64,000 nt of DNA from Bacteroidota bacterium. GTDB taxonomy: Bacteria > Bacteroidota > Bacteroidia > Bacteroidales > JACABE01. Under the pieces are notes generated by a model. That model saw nothing but the letters and a program-made list of their open reading frames with translations. It made no database searches and was not told where the DNA came from. Shown here in pieces: positions 9,081 to 18,812 of the stretch; within the stretch, counting starts at the first letter, position 1, and the number at the start of each line of letters is the position of its first letter. Made by a program: the position numbers and the translations under genes. The DNA is taken from assembly GCA_026391675.1 (NCBI GenBank), contig JAPLDQ010000036.1:32291-96290 (forward strand), in the 5' to 3' direction.

Positions 9081-10532
9081 ATGAAAAAAATATTAATCAC
9101 ATTACTAATTGCTATTACAGCCAATACAATTAGTTTTGCTCAAAATGAAATTGATGCACTCAGGTATTCACAGCTATTTTATGGTGGAACCGCAAGATCA
9201 ACAGCCATGGGTGGTGCTTTTGGTGCGCTGGGAGCTGATTTTTCTTCTTTAAGCCTTAATCCGGGAGGAATTGGTTTATATAAAATTTCTGAATTTACTT
9301 TTTCACCCTCTTTTTATACCGGTAAAACATCATCAATATTCAATAATTCACAAGAAAGAGATGATTTTAAATATAATTTTAATTTAGGAAATGCCGGTTT
9401 TGTATATACATTTTACAAAAGAGGTAATTATGCTGAGGGTCCGGGTTTTAAAGCTGCTCAGTTTGGTTTTGGTATCAATCGTTTGAACAATTTCAATAAC
9501 AGAATGATAATGGAAGGTTTCAATGAAAGCAGTTCCATGCTAAATCAATATGTTAGTAAAGCAAATGGTGTTAAAGCTGCTGATTTGAATAGCTTTGATA
9601 CACAACTGGCTTATGATGCCTATCTTATAAATCCAAAGGATTCTACACATTATACTTCGGTTGTTAACAGAGGTGTTTTACAACGTAAATCGGTAACTTC
9701 AGGCGGGTCAACCAATGAACTGGTTATATCTTTAGGTGGAAATTACAGTGATAAATTGTATATCGGTGCTACACTTGGTTTCCCTTTTATACGCTATTCT
9801 GAACAATCTTCCTATAAAGAAACAGACAGTAAGGATACTATTAATAATTTCAATTCATTCACAGTTACTGATAATCTTAATACATCCGGTGCCGGTATTA
9901 ATTTTAAATTTGGTATGATTTATCGCCCTATTGATATGATCAGAATAGGTGTAGCTTTCCATTCTCCAACTTATTATTATGCAATGCAGGATGAATATAG
10001 CCGCAGAATTGAATCAGACCTGGCTTCAAATGGAAAATATAATGTTGATTCACCCAAAGGTAGTTTTGATTATGAATTAACTACACCCTATAGATTTATC
10101 GGAAGTTTAGCTTTCGTATTAAACGAATATGGTTTAATAAGTGCAGATTATGAATTTGTGGATTATACACTATCCCGCTTAAGGTCTGATACTTATGATT
10201 TTTCTAATGAAAATGATGCCATCCAAGCCAAATATAATTCTGCTTCAAATTTAAGAATAGGTACTGAATGGCGTTTAAACCAGCTGGCTTTCAGAGCAGG
10301 TTATGCTTATTATGGAAATCCATACTGGAAAAATGTGAATGTTAGTAAACGTACTGTTATTTCAGCAGGACTGGGTTTCAGAGAAAAAGATTTCTTTGTT
10401 GATCTGGCTTATTCTTATTCAAAACAAGATGAAGATTATTATTTTTACAACCCTTCAGTTATCGCTCTTAACCCTGTTAAAAACAGTATGATTGGCAGCA
10501 ATATAATGATGACTATCGGTTTCAAGTACTAA
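9081..10532 (+). CDS. OmpP1/FadL-family outer membrane beta-barrel
   Basis: Signal peptide; GTARSTAMGGAFGALGAD..NPGG N-terminal motif; C-terminal GFKY. Confidence 0.85.
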   Translation: MKKILITLLIAITANTISFAQNEIDALRYSQLFYGGTARSTAMGGAFGALGADFSSLSLNPGGIGLYKISEFTFSPSFYTGKTSSIFNNSQERDDFKYNFNLGNAGFVYTFYKRGNYAEGPGFKAAQFGFGINRLNNFNNRMIMEGFNESSSMLNQYVSKANGVKAADLNSFDTQLAYDAYLINPKDSTHYTSVVNRGVLQRKSVTSGGSTNELVISLGGNYSDKLYIGATLGFPFIRYSEQSSYKETDSKDTINNFNSFTVTDNLNTSGAGINFKFGMIYRPIDMIRIGVAFHSPTYYYAMQDEYSRRIESDLASNGKYNVDSPKGSFDYELTTPYRFIGSLAFVLNEYGLISADYEFVDYTLSRLRSDTYDFSNENDAIQAKYNSASNLRIGTEWRLNQLAFRAGYAYYGNPYWKNVNVSKRTVISAGLGFREKDFFVDLAYSYSKQDEDYYFYNPSVIALNPVKNSMIGSNIMMTIGFKY

Positions 10533-10557
10533 AATATCATATTGGAAACGAAAACAG

Positions 10558-10590
10558 AAAACTGTGTTATTTCAAAACACAGGTTTTTAT
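10558..10590 (+). terminator. Possible intrinsic terminator
   Basis: CTGTGTT/AACACAG stem followed by GTTTTTATTTT. Confidence 0.4.
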
Positions 10591-10657
10591 TTTTAGCAAA
10601 AAATGATAAGATTTAATTAAATTTGTTGTTGAAATTAGTTTAATAAAAGACAAAGTT

Positions 10658-11275
10658 TTGTACCTCGTTAAATCGCCAAACATCTTAAGAAAAATTTACG
10701 GCAAAAGTTTATGCTGGGAAATGCCTAAAGGAAATAAAAGCATTTATCTTACTTTTGATGATGGACCTGTTCCGGAAATTACACCATCAGTACTTAAAAT
10801 TCTTTCAGATTTTAATATTAAAGCTACATTTTTTTGTGTAGGTGAGAATATCCAAAAACATACTGATGTTTTTAATCAAATCCTGGAACAAGGACATAGT
10901 GTTGGAAATCACACCTATAATCATATAAACGGTTGGAAAACACCTAAAAATGAGTACATTGAAAATATTTTAAAATCCGAATCCTTTTTACATACTAAAT
11001 TGTTTCGTCCGCCTTACGGTAAAATTACACCAGCTGAAAAAAAACTGCTGAAAAAAAATTATCGGATTATATTATGGACCATATTAAGCGGCGATTTTGA
11101 TGCAAAAACCAGTAAGGAACAATGCCTTGAAAATGTGCTGAAGTATACTAATGAAGGAGCTATTGTTGTTTTTCACGATAGTATCAAGTCAAAAGAAAAA
11201 TTGCTGTATGCATTACCAAAATTTATTGAACATTTTCAGGCAAAAGGATATAATTTTGAAAAAATTAGTTATTAA
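10658..11275 (+). CDS. Polysaccharide deacetylase (NodB/CE4)
   Basis: TFDDGP, HTYNH, FRPPYG and VFHD motifs; TTG start; TAAATTTG box at 10618-10625. Confidence 0.9.
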   Translation: MYLVKSPNILRKIYGKSLCWEMPKGNKSIYLTFDDGPVPEITPSVLKILSDFNIKATFFCVGENIQKHTDVFNQILEQGHSVGNHTYNHINGWKTPKNEYIENILKSESFLHTKLFRPPYGKITPAEKKLLKKNYRIILWTILSGDFDAKTSKEQCLENVLKYTNEGAIVVFHDSIKSKEKLLYALPKFIEHFQAKGYNFEKISY

Positions 11276-11353
11276 TTATTGAATATTAAGTTATTGGTTA
11301 ATCATCATCTGTTAACCTGCAGCCTAAATTCTTTCAACCTAAAAATCTATAAC

Positions 11354-11878
11354 ATGGCATTAATAAGATCAGTAAAAGGAATAAGCCCTAAATTCGGGAA
11401 AAATTGTTTTTTAGCCGATAATGCAACCATAACCGGTGATGTAATAATGGGCGATAATTGCAGTATTTGGTTTAATGCAGTGGTAAGAGGCGATGTACAT
11501 ACCATCAGAATGGGTAATAATGTAAACATACAGGACGGAGCTATAGTGCATTGTACCTATATGAAAGCACCAACCTCAATTGGCAATAATGTATCCGTTG
11601 CCCATCAGGCAATTGTCCATGGTTGTACTATCCACGACAATGTATTGGTGGGTATGGGCGCTATTATTATGGACGGAGCTGTAATTGGCAGCAATTCCAT
11701 TATTGCGGCAGGTGCACTGATACTGGAAAATACGATAGTTGAACCTGGTTCGATCTATGCAGGAGTTCCGGCAAAAAAGACAAAAAATTTAGATGAAAGC
11801 CTGATCGTAGGGCAAATTCAGCGGATTGCCAATGCATATCCTATGTATGCCAGCTGGTATGATAAAGAAGAGGAATAA
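11354..11878 (+). CDS. Gamma carbonic anhydrase family protein (hexapeptide repeats)
   Basis: IWFNAVVRGDV, NIQDGAIVH and HQAIVHGC; start moved to ATG 11354 (MALIRSV). Confidence 0.9.
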   Translation: MALIRSVKGISPKFGKNCFLADNATITGDVIMGDNCSIWFNAVVRGDVHTIRMGNNVNIQDGAIVHCTYMKAPTSIGNNVSVAHQAIVHGCTIHDNVLVGMGAIIMDGAVIGSNSIIAAGALILENTIVEPGSIYAGVPAKKTKNLDESLIVGQIQRIANAYPMYASWYDKEEE

Positions 11879-11892
11879 AACACATTTATATC

Positions 11893-12130
11893 GTCCCTAC
11901 GGGACTTGATTATTTTGTTTTACTGATATTTCTACCGATATATTGTCCCTACGGGACATTTCTTTGAAATCATTTATTTGGTAAAATAGCATGCAGTTAA
12001 ACATTATTTTTATTTAACAAATTTAAGGCTTTGGTTAAATTTGAATAAATCTTTGGTAAGGACTTGTCCCGTAGGGACAATATATCGGTAGCCTTTGTAT
12101 TATATAATGTGTTCTAAGTCCCGTAGGGAT
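11893..12130. repeat. REP/REPIN-like cluster of four GTCCC-TAC-GGGAC hairpins (two forward, two inverted)
   Basis: Hairpins start at 11893, 11945, 12066 and 12118; 27-bp perfect inverted repeat 11932-11958 / 12065-12091. Confidence 0.85.
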
Positions 12131-12143
12131 GAAATATAATCAA

Positions 12144-12604
12144 CTAGATTAAATCATTAAATATGAATTTCTCATCATAATCAATCTCAAATTTTTTAAG
12201 AAAATTAATGTATTCTTCTCTAAAGCTTAATTTTTATGATGTTTTTCCTGATTTTCAATATAAGCAATTACATCTTTTAGCTGTAATTTACCATAAGAAA
12301 AAGCGCCATATCCTTATTGCCACTCAAATTTGCCATTTACAAACTGCTTCTGATTAATCCATTTTGAAGAACTTCCTTTAATATCCTGCAGTAAATCAGA
12401 AATAGATTGTGTTGGATTCATTCCAATTAAAATGTGAACATGATCAGACATTCCATTGATACTAATCATTTTGTGATGATGATGATGCACAATACCTGTA
12501 ATATATTTGAATAATTCATCCTTCCAGCTTGACTGAATAATTCCGTAACATTATTTAACAGCAAAAACTATTTGAATATGAATTTGAGTATAGGTATTTG
12601 GCAT
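12144..12604 (-). pseudogene. tnpA: IS200/IS605-like (REP-associated, RAYT-type) Y1 HUH transposase pseudogene
   Basis: Manual translation MPNTYTQIHIQIVFAVK*..MSDHVHILIG..IKGSSSKWIN..FEWQ*GYGAFSY..YIENQEKHHK/LSFREEYINFLKKFEIDYDEKFIF; two TAA stops (12551-53, 12314-16) and a 1-nt loss in the T-run 12231-35. Confidence 0.88.
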
Positions 12605-12663
12605 AATCTGATATTGAATTTGTTGAATAAAACTTATAGCCAATATTCTAATTAGTTAATATC

Positions 12664-13389
12664 CTATTTCCTCAGCTCAAAATTCTTACCCAGATAAACT
12701 TTGCGGACATGCTCATCCTCTGCTAATTCCTGGGATGTACCTGATTTTAATATGCTCCCTTCAAACAAAAGATATGCTCTGTCAGTAATATTAAGGGTTT
12801 CGTGTACATTATGGTCGGTGATTAATACACCGATATTTTTATCTTTTAATTTCTTTACTATAGCTTGAATATCTTCAACAGCAATAGGGTCAACACCTGC
12901 AAATGGTTCATCCAATAAAATAAATTTAGGGTCAACTGCTAATGCACGTGCAATTTCAGTACGGCGTCTTTCTCCCCCCGATAGTTGAATTCCCTTGCTT
13001 TTACGGATATTCTGCAAACCAAATTCACTTAATAATAATTCTAATTTTGCGTGTTGCTCTGTTTTACTGAGTTTGGTAAATTCCAGTACTGCAATAATAT
13101 TATCTTCCACGCTTAATTGTCTAAAAACTGAAGCTTCCTGGGCAAGATACCCGATACCGTTTTGAGCCCTTTTATACATTGGCATTTCGGTAATATCCAG
13201 ATCATCAAGAAATACTTTGCCTGATAGCGGTTTTATTAAACCCACTGTCATGTAAAATGTTGTGGTTTTACCTGCACCATTGGGACCCAGCAAACCAACA
13301 ATTTCGCCTTGTTCCACCTGAACTGACACACCCTTTACAACAGTACGATTTTTATATTTTTTTACAATATTTTCTGTTCTTAAAATCAT
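12664..13389 (-). CDS. lptB: LPS export ABC transporter ATP-binding protein
   Basis: [43 protein letters not shown] and VRKVYLG. Confidence 0.95.
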   Translation of the reverse strand: MILRTENIVKKYKNRTVVKGVSVQVEQGEIVGLLGPNGAGKTTTFYMTVGLIKPLSGKVFLDDLDITEMPMYKRAQNGIGYLAQEASVFRQLSVEDNIIAVLEFTKLSKTEQHAKLELLLSEFGLQNIRKSKGIQLSGGERRRTEIARALAVDPKFILLDEPFAGVDPIAVEDIQAIVKKLKDKNIGVLITDHNVHETLNITDRAYLLFEGSILKSGTSQELAEDEHVRKVYLGKNFELRK

Positions 13390-13425
13390 TTCGTTTAAAT
13401 ATTGACTTCAATTAAACTCTAATTC

Positions 13426-13782
13426 TTATTCTTTATTGTCTGAGTATAGAATTTCTTCCCAAAACTCCAAAGCCCTGCGTGTATGAGGGATTACAATAGT
13501 TCCGCCAACTAAATTGGCAATACCGAAAACTTCGAACAACTCTTCGGTAGTCAGGCCGTTTTCATGGCATTTTAATAAATGATAACGTATACAATCATCG
13601 CAACGAAGCACCATAGACGCTACCAGGCCCATGATTTCCTTTGTTTTAACATCTAAAGCACCAGCTAAAAATGCATTGGTGTCAGCATTATAGATGCGTT
13701 TAATGGTTTTATCACCGGAAGCAAGAATCTTATCATTCATGCGCTGCCGGTATGCATTGTAATCATCAATTAAACCACTCAT
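13426..13782 (-). CDS. Carboxymuconolactone decarboxylase/AhpD-like protein
   Basis: GALDVKTKE..LVASMVLRCDDCIRYH. Confidence 0.85.
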   Translation of the reverse strand: MSGLIDDYNAYRQRMNDKILASGDKTIKRIYNADTNAFLAGALDVKTKEIMGLVASMVLRCDDCIRYHLLKCHENGLTTEELFEVFGIANLVGGTIVIPHTRRALEFWEEILYSDNKE

Positions 13783-13795
13783 ATTATATGAATAA

Positions 13796-13835
13796 TAACT
13801 TTATACTTTATGAACTTTACAAACTATATAAACTA
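13796..13835 (-). repeat. Short tandem array of 7-9-nt (A)AACTTTA-type units
   Basis: taacttta-tacttta-tgaacttta-caaactata-taaacta, abutting the kdsD stop codon. Confidence 0.45.
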
Positions 13836-14801
13836 TATTATTCCTTCTCTGAGTAAATCGTGCAGATGAATAACACCTATATATCTATTATTCTCGTCAA
13901 CAACCAGTAATTGTGTTATGTTGTTTTGTTTCATCACATTTAATGCTGTTACAGCTAACTCATCTTTTTGGATGGTTTTTGGATGCAAAGACATGATATC
14001 TTTCGCCAATAAAGTTTCTATTGCAACGTCTTTCTGTAACATTCGTCTTAAATCACCATCAGTAACAATACCTAAAATTATATCATTTTCAACAACAGCG
14101 GCAGCACCTAAGCGTTTAGATGTAATTTCAAGTATAGTTTTTTTAACGTCAGTATCAGGAAATATTTTTGGTACTTCATTATTAACAGATAAATCGGAAA
14201 CCCTTAAATAGAGTTGCTTCCCCAAAGCACCGCCGGGGTGGTATTTCGCAAAATCTTCCGTGGTAAATCCTCTGCATTCGAGCAAAGCAATGGCTAAGGC
14301 ATCGCCCATGACCAATTGTGCGGTAGTGCTTGAAGTCGGAGCTAAATTATTAGGACAGGCCTCTTTTTGTACACTGCAATTGATAATAAAATCAGCCTGT
14401 AGCGCAAGGTATGATGATATATTACCAACCAGTGCAATAATTTTATTTCCAGAAGATTTCATTAAGGGTACAATTACTTTTATTTCAGGTGTATTTCCGC
14501 TTTTTGAGATACAAATAACGATATCATCGGGCTGAATAATGCCCAGATCACCATGTATAGCATCAGCAGCATGCATAAAAATAGCCGGTGTACCTGTAGA
14601 ATTTAACGTGGAAACTATTTTAGATGCAATATTGGCACTTTTACCAATTCCTGTAATAATAACTCTGCCTTTACAATTAAAAATAGCTTCAACGCATTTT
14701 GCAAAAGCATCATCAATGTAATTTTTTAGATTAGCCACAGCTTCAGCTTCGTTTTGAATAGTAGCCAACGCAATTTTTTTAATTTCCTGATACGATTTCA
14801 A
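13833..14801 (-). CDS. kdsD: Arabinose-5-phosphate isomerase (KpsF/GutQ, SIS + CBS)
   Basis: TGIGKS, STGTPA, HGDLG, EACPNNLAPTSST, HPGGALG and CBS pair. Confidence 0.92.
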   Translation of the reverse strand: MKSYQEIKKIALATIQNEAEAVANLKNYIDDAFAKCVEAIFNCKGRVIITGIGKSANIASKIVSTLNSTGTPAIFMHAADAIHGDLGIIQPDDIVICISKSGNTPEIKVIVPLMKSSGNKIIALVGNISSYLALQADFIINCSVQKEACPNNLAPTSSTTAQLVMGDALAIALLECRGFTTEDFAKYHPGGALGKQLYLRVSDLSVNNEVPKIFPDTDVKKTILEITSKRLGAAAVVENDIILGIVTDGDLRRMLQKDVAIETLLAKDIMSLHPKTIQKDELAVTALNVMKQNNITQLLVVDENNRYIGVIHLHDLLREGII

Positions 14802-14991
14802 TGTTGTTTTTTTATAAAAAAATATAATTTTGTAAATACTTAAAAGAAAATGTAGTACATTTACATTACAAACCTACATGAAATTTTTCATTTAGCAATA
14901 AAAAAACATGTAAGTTTTTCAAAAAAAATAATCTAATTTTACAAAAGATAAATGTATCCATTTTTAAAAAAATAAATGTAATGCATTTTAA

Positions 14992-17208
14992 ATGATATCA
15001 TACATGGCGAATAAGGAAGGTGATGTACTTCACAAACACTTGAAAAAAATTTTTGGATTTGATAATTTTAAAGGGAATCAGGAAGAAGTAATTAAAAGCG
15101 TACTGGACGGCAAGGATACTTTTGTTATCATGCCCACCGGTGGTGGTAAATCGCTTTGCTATCAGTTACCAGCTATTATAAGTAAAGGAACAGCAATTAT
15201 CATTTCTCCATTAATATCACTGATGAAAAATCAGGTTGATGCAATACGCAACTTTGGTAATGACAACGGTATAGCACATTTTTTAAATTCTTCTCTGTCA
15301 AAAGCAGAAATTAAGGCTGTAAAAGCCGATTTAACTTCAGGGAAAACCAAACTTTTATACGTTGCACCCGAATCACTTACTAAAGAAGAAAATGTTGCGT
15401 TTTTTAAGGATATAAAAATATCTTTTTATGCAATTGACGAAGCCCATTGTATTTCGGAATGGGGACACGATTTCAGACCTGAATACCGCAGGTTGCGGCC
15501 TATAATTGATTCTATAGGTGAGAAAGTTCCTATTATTGCACTTACAGCAACAGCTACGCCTAAAGTTCAACAGGATATTCAGAAAAACCTGATTATGATG
15601 AATGCCAATGTTTTTATTTCATCATTCAACCGCCCTAACTTATATTATGAAGTTCGTACCAAAACAAAAGATGTAAATAAGGAAGTAATTAAGTTCATTA
15701 AAACCCATCAGGGTAAATCCGGAATTATTTATTGTCTGAGCCGTAAAAAAGTTGAAGAATTAGCTGAAACCCTTCTTGTAAATGGCATTAAAGCATTACC
15801 CTATCATGCAGGTTTAGATCCTGTAGTACGTGCCGATAATCAGGATAAATTCCTTATGGAAGAAGTGGATGTAATTGTTGCTACCATTGCTTTTGGTATG
15901 GGTATCGATAAACCTGATGTAAGGTTTGTAATTCATTATGATATGCCCAAAAGCCTCGAAGGTTATTATCAGGAAACAGGCAGAGCCGGACGTGATGATG
16001 GCGAAGGAAATTGCATAGCCTTCTACAGCGAAGAAGACATCAATAAACTGGAAAAATTCTTAAAAGGCAAACCTGTTGCTGAACAGGAAATAGCCATGCA
16101 ACTGATGAACGAAACGGTATCTTATGCAGAGTCATCTGCATGCCGGAGAAGAGTTTTATTACATTATTTTGGAGAAAATTATGAGCAGGATAATTGTAAT
16201 ACCTGTGATAACTGTAATCATCCTAAAGAAAAAACAGACGGTACTGAAGATATTATTATTGCCATTGAAACGGTTTTAGCTGTTAAACAATTATTTAAAG
16301 TCAAACATATTGCCCAAATTATTATAGGTAAAAATTCTGCTACATTAAAGAAAATGAAGCATGATAAAATACCACAGTTTGGTATAGGTTCCGGTAAAGT
16401 TGAAGGATACTGGAATGCTGTCATTCGTCAGGCCATAATCGAAAATTTATTGGTAAAAGATATTGAAAATTATGGTTTGTTAAAAGTAAGCCAGGAAGGC
16501 TTAAAATATATTAAAAAACCATACAAAATCATGATTGCCAAAGATCATGATTATTTAAATGATGATGACGATTTAATGGATGTTATCGGCGGAAGTGGTG
16601 GTCACTCCAACGCAACTGATAAAACTTTATTTTCGTTGCTAAAAGACCTCAGAAAAGAAATCTCCCGCAAAGAAAATCTTCCTCCTTTTGTAATTTTTCA
16701 GGATCCATCATTAGAGGATATGACCATACAATATCCGATTACTATGGAAGAAATGAAGCAAATTACCGGTGTTGGAACCGGTAAGGCATCTAAATATGCT
16801 CAACCTTTCATCAATCTTATTAAAGCCTATGTTGAAGAAAACGAAATTGAACGGCCTCAGGATCTGGTAGTTAAATCTGTTGTCAATAAATCAGGGCTTA
16901 AAGTTTACATTATTCAGAATATCGACAGAAAGCTATCCCTGGAAGATATTGCCATTGCTAAGAATTTAACTATGGAAGAATTACTTACAGAAATTGAAAG
17001 CATAGTTTCTTCCGGTACAAAAATCGACATCAAATATTATATTGACGAATGTGTTGATATTTACCATCAGGAAGAAATATACGAATTCTTTAGTGAAGCA
17101 GAATCGGATTCTATAAATGATGCATTATTTGAATTGGGTGAAAATGAATATACAGAAGAAGAAATCCGATTAATGCGCATTAAGTTCATGTCGGAAGTCG
17201 GGAATTAG
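14992..17208 (+). CDS. recQ: ATP-dependent DNA helicase RecQ (start may be 15004)
   Basis: MPTGGGKSLCYQ, DEAHCISEWGHDFRP, QETGRAGRD, Zn-binding Cys cluster and HRDC. Confidence 0.95.
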   Translation: MISYMANKEGDVLHKHLKKIFGFDNFKGNQEEVIKSVLDGKDTFVIMPTGGGKSLCYQLPAIISKGTAIIISPLISLMKNQVDAIRNFGNDNGIAHFLNSSLSKAEIKAVKADLTSGKTKLLYVAPESLTKEENVAFFKDIKISFYAIDEAHCISEWGHDFRPEYRRLRPIIDSIGEKVPIIALTATATPKVQQDIQKNLIMMNANVFISSFNRPNLYYEVRTKTKDVNKEVIKFIKTHQGKSGIIYCLSRKKVEELAETLLVNGIKALPYHAGLDPVVRADNQDKFLMEEVDVIVATIAFGMGIDKPDVRFVIHYDMPKSLEGYYQETGRAGRDDGEGNCIAFYSEEDINKLEKFLKGKPVAEQEIAMQLMNETVSYAESSACRRRVLLHYFGENYEQDNCNTCDNCNHPKEKTDGTEDIIIAIETVLAVKQLFKVKHIAQIIIGKNSATLKKMKHDKIPQFGIGSGKVEGYWNAVIRQAIIENLLVKDIENYGLLKVSQEGLKYIKKPYKIMIAKDHDYLNDDDDLMDVIGGSGGHSNATDKTLFSLLKDLRKEISRKENLPPFVIFQDPSLEDMTIQYPITMEEMKQITGVGTGKASKYAQPFINLIKAYVEENEIERPQDLVVKSVVNKSGLKVYIIQNIDRKLSLEDIAIAKNLTMEELLTEIESIVSSGTKIDIKYYIDECVDIYHQEEIYEFFSEAESDSINDALFELGENEYTEEEIRLMRIKFMSEVGN

Positions 17209-17288
17209 TCTGAAGTATATCGAAACACATCGAAAGAAAAATAAATCATAAAAATCAAAAATAAATATAAAATTATTAATCATTAACT

Positions 17289-17978
17289 ATGAGCGAAGAA
17301 AACAATATCGTTGAAACCACGGAACAAACTCCTGAAAAACCAAACTTTCAACCCGCCGGTATCAGTAAAAATGAAGCTGAAACCTGCAAACATTCAAGAT
17401 GCGGAATGTATATAAATATTATTTTAGCAATAGCTGTAATAGTACTTTACATTTTATTTTTTACGTCTAAAAACAAAAAAGAAGTGAGCCAGCCTGTAAG
17501 CATAAAAACAGCATTAACTATTGCTTATGTTGACAGCGACAGCCTTTGGGAAAATTATGAATATGTAAAAGATACAAAAAAAGAACTTAAAGATCTGGAA
17601 TTAAGATTAACCAATGATTACAAAGCCAAAACAATGGCATTTCAAAGCGAGTATGAAAACTATCTGAAAACAGGTGCTTCTCTAACAAAAACCGAACAAA
17701 TTAAAAAAGAAGAAGCGTTGAAAGAAAAACAAAACAGTATATTAGCCTTAAAAGAAAGTTTTGGGAGTCAGTTAATGGAGGAAAAGGAAAAGAAAAATAT
17801 CCAGCTTCAGGATTCAATTTTTGCCTACGTTAAAAGATTTAACCAGGGACCAAAATACTCTTTCATACTAGAAAAATCAAGATCAAGCAGTTTATTATTT
17901 GCAAATGACAGTTTAGATATCACCAAAACAATAATAAAAGGCTTAAACGAAGCTTATACCAAAAGCAGGAACAAATAA
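17289..17978 (+). CDS. OmpH/Skp-family protein with N-terminal membrane anchor
   Basis: IAYVDSDSL..Y, coiled coil, LLFANDSLDIT..IIKGLN. Confidence 0.8.
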   Translation: MSEENNIVETTEQTPEKPNFQPAGISKNEAETCKHSRCGMYINIILAIAVIVLYILFFTSKNKKEVSQPVSIKTALTIAYVDSDSLWENYEYVKDTKKELKDLELRLTNDYKAKTMAFQSEYENYLKTGASLTKTEQIKKEEALKEKQNSILALKESFGSQLMEEKEKKNIQLQDSIFAYVKRFNQGPKYSFILEKSRSSSLLFANDSLDITKTIIKGLNEAYTKSRNK

Positions 17979-17988
17979 ACCAACGTCA

Positions 17989-18732
17989 ATGCTTTTAGAA
18001 GTTTGTGCCAATTCCGTTGAATCAGCCATAGCTGCCGGAAAAGGCGGGGCACAACGTGTTGAATTGTGCGACAATATTTATGAAGGAGGAACTACGCCTT
18101 CTTATGGTACCATTGCATTGGCAAGAAAACATTTATCCATTGATTTGCATGTAATTATTCGCCCCAGAGGCGGAGATTTTCTTTATTCTTCCAACGAACT
18201 GGAAATAATGAAACAGGATATTATTGCTGCAAAAAATCTGGGAGCAGATGCCGTTGTTTTTGGTATGCTTACGCCAGAAGGGAAAATTGATAAAGCGGCT
18301 TGCCGGTATCTGCTGCAAGCGGCCTACCCAATGCGTTGCACATTCCACCGGGCTTTTGATATGGTATCCGACCCCTTTACTGCCCTGGAAGATATTATAG
18401 ACCTGGGTTTTGACACTCTCCTCACTTCCGGCCTCCAACCCAAAGCTTTTGAAGGTATACCCATGCTTAAAAAGTTAGTTGAACAAGCTGCAGACCGCAT
18501 CTCTATTATGCCGGGCAGTGGTATTACTGAAGAAAACATCAGAGATATTGCAATACAGACCAAAGCTAAGGCATTTCATGTTTCGCTGCGGAAAAAGCAG
18601 GAAAGTAATATGCTTTTCAGAAATAGTGATATCCGTATGGGAGGAATAGCAGGTATTTCCGAATATGAAAAAAGTATAACGGATGAAATGAGGGTAAAAG
18701 CGGTGGTGGAAATGTTAAAGGATATAAAGTAA
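17989..18732 (+). CDS. cutC: CutC family protein
   Basis: LEVCANS, RVELC..EGGTTPS, IRPRGGDF, TFHRAFD and LTSG. Confidence 0.93.
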   Translation: MLLEVCANSVESAIAAGKGGAQRVELCDNIYEGGTTPSYGTIALARKHLSIDLHVIIRPRGGDFLYSSNELEIMKQDIIAAKNLGADAVVFGMLTPEGKIDKAACRYLLQAAYPMRCTFHRAFDMVSDPFTALEDIIDLGFDTLLTSGLQPKAFEGIPMLKKLVEQAADRISIMPGSGITEENIRDIAIQTKAKAFHVSLRKKQESNMLFRNSDIRMGGIAGISEYEKSITDEMRVKAVVEMLKDIK

Positions 18733-18812
18733 AATATTCGTTTAGTGTTTTTGTAATTCCAAATTGTTTGATATAATGGAATTTTTGCTACATATTGAAA
18801 AGATGGCTTGTG

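Noticed and set aside
11279-11353. Longer N-terminus for the gamma carbonic anhydrase
   Set aside because: TTG start in intergenic-looking sequence; the family-like start is MALIRSV at 11354
11893-12130. CRISPR array
   Set aside because: Repeats are 13-27 bp, in inverted pairs, only four units and with no cas genes; they fit REP clusters better
12144-12604. Stop-codon readthrough or programmed frameshift giving an active transposase
   Set aside because: Both internal stops are TAA, the main stop codon in this window, and there is an additional frameshift; decay is the simpler explanation
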